From Glycera tridactyla (taxonomy: Eukaryota): a DNA stretch of 64,000 bases. A program made the position numbers and the translations under genes. Location of the stretch: positions 76,632,001-76,696,000 of the forward strand of contig OZ286475.1 of NCBI GenBank assembly GCA_965644265.1, read 5' to 3'. The notes beneath the pieces were generated by a model. The model did not search any database. It saw nothing but the letters and a program-made list of their open reading frames with translations, and was not told where the DNA came from. Positions 58,491 to 64,000 of this stretch are shown here, one piece after another; the stretch's first letter is position 1, and every line of letters starts with the position of its first letter.

Positions 58491-60845
58491 GTGATGGCAG
58501 CAACCACACATAATGACCCTAACGGGGACATGGCGTGTATCTGGTTGTACCCGGCAGAGTTCTTAACGAAAGACGAGCGAATGTTAGGTCAGCAGACAAT
58601 CTTCCCGTACATGATCAAAAAGATCTTGAAGTTCGGCCCGGTATCCGAATTTTTCACCGATGCTTACAAAACCCGACAACTGGTTCGCGTCGATCTTCGG
58701 GCCACCAGTAAACTAGCCGAGGATGAAGAGGCTTTGAGAAGAACGACGTTGAACTCGGTCCTACTGGACAACAATCCCAAACACGGGAAACCGAACATGG
58801 TCGTACTTTGCGATAAGTATCTGCGCCGGCTCCTGAGTATTCTCCTGACTGTGTTTAAATGGAATCAGAGGCACATCCACGACAAGGAAATCTATGAAGA
58901 CATGTTAAAAGTTAAAAGGAACGTGCCGGGGGAAGAATTCGAAAACCTCTCCTTGCTTTCTAAACACAGTTATGTGTTTCACGCCCGTTCCAAAGACTTC
59001 TTCCACATATCCGGAAACATTTCGGATTCTTATTCGATCTTGGAGCGCCTCGTGGGCAACAAGCTGGTCCCCTGGTGGTCTACCGCATTTTGGACCAATC
59101 TAGATATCGAGGGCATATCCGAGAGCAAAATCTTAAATAAACTGAGGTCGGAGTTTTCAGATTTAGTGAGGCTCTTTGAGAACTATAACCCTATCCCCGA
59201 GGGTTCTTACAGCGCCAACAATGAGCGGGTTTCCATGCCCCTGCAGATTGGTATGCACGTGCACGAAAACCTCGCACTCCAGCTGATTTCCGACGCTCAC
59301 ATTTACACGAAAGAGGACTGCGCTGGCGGAAAGACCAGAGTGGTGTTTAAGAAACCCGGGCGAACCATTCTTCCCGGCGGGCTCGTGGGAGCGACCCCAG
59401 ACGTGGTGGTTTATTTCGCCGATAAACACACCGAAGAAACGGCGATGAATATCGAAAGAGAGGAGGAGGACGATCACAGTTGCTTTGATAACTGGGACTG
59501 GTCGAACGATCACGAATTCGAACAGGAGGAAGCACCCGCGCCTAACCCGAACGAAAATAAACCCTCCAGAATACCCCAATACATATACGAGTTGAAAACA
59601 CTGACTAGGCGCAGGCTTTCTACCGAATCCATTAAAACCAAGCTCGACGAGTACTACATTGAACACACGTTATGCAATGAGGGCGATTCGTCCAGTTTTA
59701 TTTGGGTAGAAAGCCAAGGAGAGGCGCCCTACTATCACATAACATTGAACGAAGCCGAATCGCTAGGAATCTACAACAAAGAGTTGAAGCAGAAAAAGGA
59801 GGAGGAGGAAGGGACTGACGCGGATCGTTGTTTTTCGTCGGCCATGAGGGCTGCGTCTCTGGTCATTCACTATTTGGACGAGCCCCTACTCCTCCGACCC
59901 CCTATGCTAAAACTGAGTTCTGCTCCGCCGAACGCCAAACTCAACGACAAGTATGTCTTCAACCCAGAGAGCAGAGAAAAAATCTACGATAGAAAAATGA
60001 AGACAATGAAAACCGAGGGAGCCCAAAAGGGCTGTTCCTGTGGAGCGATCACAAATCCCTTTTTCCGGGGATCCGACTTCCTATCGGCGCGTGTGACAAA
60101 AGAAGAAAACGCGAGGATCCAGGGACACCCCTCGCCCATCTGGAAGAAGCTTGAGGCCGGAGGCGATGTTGGAGATCGGGTCGATTTGAGTAAACATCAA
60201 CACGGAGCGAACAGACAGCCGACCGAATACAGTAAATTTGACGATCCCCACGTTCTTCTTGCTCACATGGGGGAACACCGATACATTCTCCCCTGGGATA
60301 GTGTCGATGTTGGACATCACGGCTTCATCGGGGACACTCTCAACCCGAGGGCAAAATCTCGATGTGTGCTGTACTCTTACGCCGAACCTCTTCAAAAATA
60401 CGCCGTTATCGATTACGAGGTAGCCCCCTACGTCCTATCGCCAACGTCCGATTACTTCAAACAGATTCTACAGGAGGTTAACGCGTATCAACAGCTCAAC
60501 GAGGAAATCCGAGCCTTCATAACGATCGTCTTCTTGTATCGAACCGAATCGGATGATGTCAGTGTAGAGTCGAATAGAGTGGCGGCAACTTACACGACGG
60601 AGGTTCGGATCACAAAAGCAATGATGGCGGTTTACACGGCGAACGTGATTTCTCAGGTTTTTCGAGAACACCAAGCGATCATTCGTTACTGCAAACAAGA
60701 CCTCTATCCGGACTCCTGGTCGCACTCTGAGAAGAAAGAGCAGCGGAACCGCGAGCGAAAAACCGTCCAAATGTACAAGCCTTTTCTGGACGAACTCGTC
60801 GAGGCCCTCCACAACACTAGGACGGAAACGTTTATAATGGGATAG
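58491..60845 (+). CDS. Alkaline exonuclease-like nuclease, full-length copy 3
   Basis: Identical translation to copy 2. Confidence 0.8.
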   Translation: MMAATTHNDPNGDMACIWLYPAEFLTKDERMLGQQTIFPYMIKKILKFGPVSEFFTDAYKTRQLVRVDLRATSKLAEDEEALRRTTLNSVLLDNNPKHGKPNMVVLCDKYLRRLLSILLTVFKWNQRHIHDKEIYEDMLKVKRNVPGEEFENLSLLSKHSYVFHARSKDFFHISGNISDSYSILERLVGNKLVPWWSTAFWTNLDIEGISESKILNKLRSEFSDLVRLFENYNPIPEGSYSANNERVSMPLQIGMHVHENLALQLISDAHIYTKEDCAGGKTRVVFKKPGRTILPGGLVGATPDVVVYFADKHTEETAMNIEREEEDDHSCFDNWDWSNDHEFEQEEAPAPNPNENKPSRIPQYIYELKTLTRRRLSTESIKTKLDEYYIEHTLCNEGDSSSFIWVESQGEAPYYHITLNEAESLGIYNKELKQKKEEEEGTDADRCFSSAMRAASLVIHYLDEPLLLRPPMLKLSSAPPNAKLNDKYVFNPESREKIYDRKMKTMKTEGAQKGCSCGAITNPFFRGSDFLSARVTKEENARIQGHPSPIWKKLEAGGDVGDRVDLSKHQHGANRQPTEYSKFDDPHVLLAHMGEHRYILPWDSVDVGHHGFIGDTLNPRAKSRCVLYSYAEPLQKYAVIDYEVAPYVLSPTSDYFKQILQEVNAYQQLNEEIRAFITIVFLYRTESDDVSVESNRVAATYTTEVRITKAMMAVYTANVISQVFREHQAIIRYCKQDLYPDSWSHSEKKEQRNRERKTVQMYKPFLDELVEALHNTRTETFIMG

Positions 60846-60873
60846 AGGCTTAAGGAGGCGGTTTTTAATATAT

Positions 60874-61542
60874 TTGTGTATCTATTTGTGTATCCATTCT
60901 CGCAAAGCTCTATCGGACCCGCTGTACACGTGGTCCCTCTCCTGTCCGCTGAGCGTATCTAAGATCATCAGAACCGTGACCCCGTGCAACGGGTGCATAA
61001 TAAAGGTGGACTGCGGGTGTCTTCTCCAGGCGCCCGGCGAATTCTACATTCCGCTTCAGGTAGCCGACTGCGACCTGTCCACGACGCCGGCCGAGCCAAC
61101 GATCGTCCCCGCCTACCCGGTAAACTTACCGGTCCTGCACTCTCTGTACAGCGCGGATCAACTCGACGATATTCGCGGCAGCTCCGTCAAGGACGACTGG
61201 AACAACATAGACATTCCAGAATTTGAGCCGTTCGGGTACGAGTGGAATCAAACGGCGCAGGTTAGCGAAAAATATTCTTCCGATCTAAAGAAACTAGCGG
61301 AGGAGAGCAGCAAACGAGCGGAGGTCTACCACACAAAGGCGGACGCGATGTTAAAAGAGGCAACGGATTTCACTGACTTGAGTCTCAGCCACGCCAAAGA
61401 TCTGGAGGAAAAGTTTGGCGATCTCAGTTGGTTGGGCACTCTGAATTTCGACACGGCCCAGGCCGGCGGTATCATCGGCATAATCATAGTAACTCTGACC
61501 TTCATAATGGGCATATATAACTGTTGGCGGGTCACCAGATAG
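60874..61542 (+). CDS. Fusion glycoprotein C-terminal fragment, copy 3
   Basis: Identical translation to copy 2. Confidence 0.62.
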   Translation: MCIYLCIHSRKALSDPLYTWSLSCPLSVSKIIRTVTPCNGCIIKVDCGCLLQAPGEFYIPLQVADCDLSTTPAEPTIVPAYPVNLPVLHSLYSADQLDDIRGSSVKDDWNNIDIPEFEPFGYEWNQTAQVSEKYSSDLKKLAEESSKRAEVYHTKADAMLKEATDFTDLSLSHAKDLEEKFGDLSWLGTLNFDTAQAGGIIGIIIVTLTFIMGIYNCWRVTR

Positions 61543-61579
61543 TAGATTGTCGTCGTCGGATTGCTGAAGGCGCGTCGAA

Positions 61580-63229
61580 ATGGCCTCTCCGCGGCGCTCC
61601 GAAAATGACACTCAGATAGACTACGATACCTACGTGGATTTCATTCTAGAAAACAAAATAGACATAATCTCGGCGTTTGGAAACACGAGGTACCCGTTCA
61701 TCCCAAACGAACTCACCGTTTTAGATCCCCTCTCTCAAGGCAACATTCACTTCCAGATAAAGAAGATTTTCGAGGAGTACCAACGAAAAGGCTGGATCGG
61801 CAAGAATCTCCGATACGTTTCCTCGGGACTGATTTCTAAAAAGGGGCTGATCCTGCCGTGTTCAGAGAAAGTAATCACGGGGCCCGGCGGAGGCCTGACT
61901 CTAACGTTCACCAGAGCCCCCGAGGTGGTCATGGGGAAACTGGCCAACCTCTTTTATTTTAAAGACCAAGTAAACGTCTCGACGGGTAAACGGACCCGCT
62001 ACGTCAAAGATAGACTCCAAGATCCAACTCTTTATTACGCCATCCTTCAATTGTGTTTTCTACTACAGAGGGCTTGGAATCCGCCGAATCCGGGCACCGC
62101 TCACCCCTTTCGTAAAATCATCTCCGCTCTAGACTTTTTATTCAAGAAGCACACCTCCGCCGATCGCCTGGAGGAAAAAGAACATCTGCATTACATCCTA
62201 GAGAACATTCGGTTCAGCTCCGGCAAGATACTGCGCCGCTTCAACACGTTTCCGTTCAAGAGTCGCTATTCCTTCATTCACAAGTTCAACACGGAGACCA
62301 AACGTTTAAGTCTGGAATTCATAAACGAAGGAGCTCTGCTCCAGATAGCGGACGGGATCAAGCTGACCGAAATTCTCCACGCCGAGGAACCCGACATCAA
62401 CTTCGCGCGTCGCCAAAGCGTCATGGAAGACATCTTAAACACCTCCACGGGACTATCCAGCGAGAACTTGATGCAATTGATACAGACCATTCTCCTGATG
62501 ATGACCAGCGGTCGGGGGGAGACAAACTATCGGGAGTGGGGGGACCTCTCGAAGATTACCGCAAGAACAAAAGACTACGTGGATCAGGACATGCAGCTGC
62601 TGATCGTCAAACTCTCTGCGGCTCTTCGCTCTCGGATCAAAAATAAAATGATACAGTTGAATCACGAGAAGTGCACCTGCATGGCCAAGTGCGTCGGTCA
62701 GGAAATGGGAGCCCATCCGGAACTGACGAATCACTTCATCGACACGATTCACCCAACCTACCATTCGACCCTCAAGTGCGGCTTCTGCAATCTCTCCAAC
62801 AGTTTGGAAAACACCACCTCGCAGAGGCCGCGAAAAGTGATCACGCAAGAACAACCCCAGTACCTTTCCTGCTCGTTGGACGGTTCCACAACGATCTACG
62901 CGGAACCCCTCTATTCGTTTAACTACAAACGAGACCCCCACAATCCGTCGGCGCCGATAACAAATGTCTCTGCTCCGTTTTTCCTTTACCTCACGAGCGT
63001 CTGTAACGTCTACGAGGAAACGAAAAAATCCCCGCGGAGTTCTTCCACAGGACGTTTTCTAACCGCCTGTTACGGAAATAGACTCTGCGCTCAACGAGTG
63101 ACGAATAAACTGGCTTCCTTCCTCAACAGCACGAAAGAAAACTCCTCGTCGAACTTCATGCAGAGTCCGCAGTGGTGGCAGTGTATATCGTGCGAAAACC
63201 TTTTAAAGGAGAAGCCCTCTCTGGGTTGA
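61580..63229 (+). CDS. Cys-rich 549-aa protein, copy 3
   Basis: Identical translation to copies 1 and 2. Confidence 0.78.
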   Translation: MASPRRSENDTQIDYDTYVDFILENKIDIISAFGNTRYPFIPNELTVLDPLSQGNIHFQIKKIFEEYQRKGWIGKNLRYVSSGLISKKGLILPCSEKVITGPGGGLTLTFTRAPEVVMGKLANLFYFKDQVNVSTGKRTRYVKDRLQDPTLYYAILQLCFLLQRAWNPPNPGTAHPFRKIISALDFLFKKHTSADRLEEKEHLHYILENIRFSSGKILRRFNTFPFKSRYSFIHKFNTETKRLSLEFINEGALLQIADGIKLTEILHAEEPDINFARRQSVMEDILNTSTGLSSENLMQLIQTILLMMTSGRGETNYREWGDLSKITARTKDYVDQDMQLLIVKLSAALRSRIKNKMIQLNHEKCTCMAKCVGQEMGAHPELTNHFIDTIHPTYHSTLKCGFCNLSNSLENTTSQRPRKVITQEQPQYLSCSLDGSTTIYAEPLYSFNYKRDPHNPSAPITNVSAPFFLYLTSVCNVYEETKKSPRSSSTGRFLTACYGNRLCAQRVTNKLASFLNSTKENSSSNFMQSPQWWQCISCENLLKEKPSLG

Positions 63230-64000
63230 AGACATACTTGTCGTTGTGTTTGGCGTTCGGCGGAGCAGAACTCAGTTTTAGCATAGGGGGTCGGAGGAGT
63301 AGGGGCTCGTCCAAATAGTGAATGACCAGAGACGCAGCCCTCATGGCCGACGAAAAACAACGATCCGCGTCAGTCCCTTCCTCCTCCTCCTTTTTCTGCT
63401 TCAACTCTTTGTTGTAGATTCCTAGCGATTCGGCTTCGTTCAATGTTATGTGATAGTAGGGCGCCTCTCCTTGGCTTTCTACCCAAATAAAACTGGACGA
63501 ATCGCCCTCATTGCATAACGTGTGTTCAATGTAGTACTCGTCGAGCTTGGTTTTAATGGATTCGGTAGAAAGCCTGCGCCTAGTCAGTGTTTTCAACTCG
63601 TATATGTATTGGGGTATTCTGGAGGGTTTATGTTCGTTCGGGTTAGGCGCGGGTGCTTCCTCCTGTTCGAATTCGTGATCGTTCGACCAGTCCCAGTTAT
63701 CAAAGCAACTGTGATCGTCCTCCTCCTCTCTTTCGATATTCATCGCCGTTTCTTCGGTGTGTTTATCGGCGAAATAAACCACCACGTCCGGGGTCGCTCC
63801 CACGAGCCCGCCGGGAAGAATGGTTCGCCCGGGTTTCTTAAACACCACTCTGGTCTTTCCGCCAGCGCAGTCCTCTTTCGTGTAAATGTGAGCGTCGGAA
63901 ATCAGCTGGAGTGCGAGGTTTTCGTGCACGTGCATACCAATCTGCAGGGGCATGGAAACCCGCTCATTGTTGGCGCTGTAAGAACCCTCGGGGATAGGGT
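63156..64000 (-). pseudogene. Inverted truncated nuclease copy 3 (runs off the window edge)
   Basis: Matches inverted copy 2 in translation; one extra synonymous change at ~63789. Confidence 0.85.

Larger units (their letters stand above)
27589..64000. mobile_element. Endogenous large DNA virus-like element (herpesvirus-like), open at the right edge
   Basis: Abrupt switch to tightly packed long ORFs on both strands and abundant CpG. Contains an alkaline-exonuclease-type gene, a fusion glycoprotein fragment and a spliced regulator-like gene. Confidence 0.82.
40759..64000. repeat. Array of 8136-bp units (6.2 kb forward plus 1.94 kb inverted), at least 3 iterations
   Basis: Forward blocks 40759-46944, 48883-55080 and 57019-63216. 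Inverted blocks 46945-48883, 55081-57019 and 63217-end, each the reverse complement of 41767-43699. Confidence 0.97.

Overview
Eukaryotic (probably invertebrate animal) genomic window in two parts. Bases 1-27.5 kb are AT-rich, repeat-dense host DNA. They hold a decayed minus-strand LINE (ORF1 plus APE-RT-CCHC ORF2) with a second LINE 3' fragment nested in it, and a diverged ~3 kb segmental duplication. They also hold a very young LTR element (15284-23530, minus): 1474-bp near-identical TG..CA LTRs, a PBS-like and a PPT motif, and no intact gag/pol. From a (GAT)24 tract at 27517-27588 to the window end the DNA becomes gene-dense and CpG-rich and looks like an integrated large nuclear DNA virus, herpesvirus-like on the evidence of an alkaline-exonuclease gene. 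It carries several orphan ORFs, a spliced immediate-early-like gene (E-box/TATA promoter, two GT-AG introns, ~1147 aa with an RS domain), the C-terminal part of a class I fusion (env/F-like) glycoprotein and a Cys-rich protein. The viral DNA is rearranged. A 2954-bp tandem duplication is followed by an 8136-bp unit (6.2 kb forward plus 1.94 kb inverted) iterated at least three times, which amplifies the nuclease gene in both orientations. Viral family and host species cannot be fixed without database searches, and the repeats need long-read confirmation.
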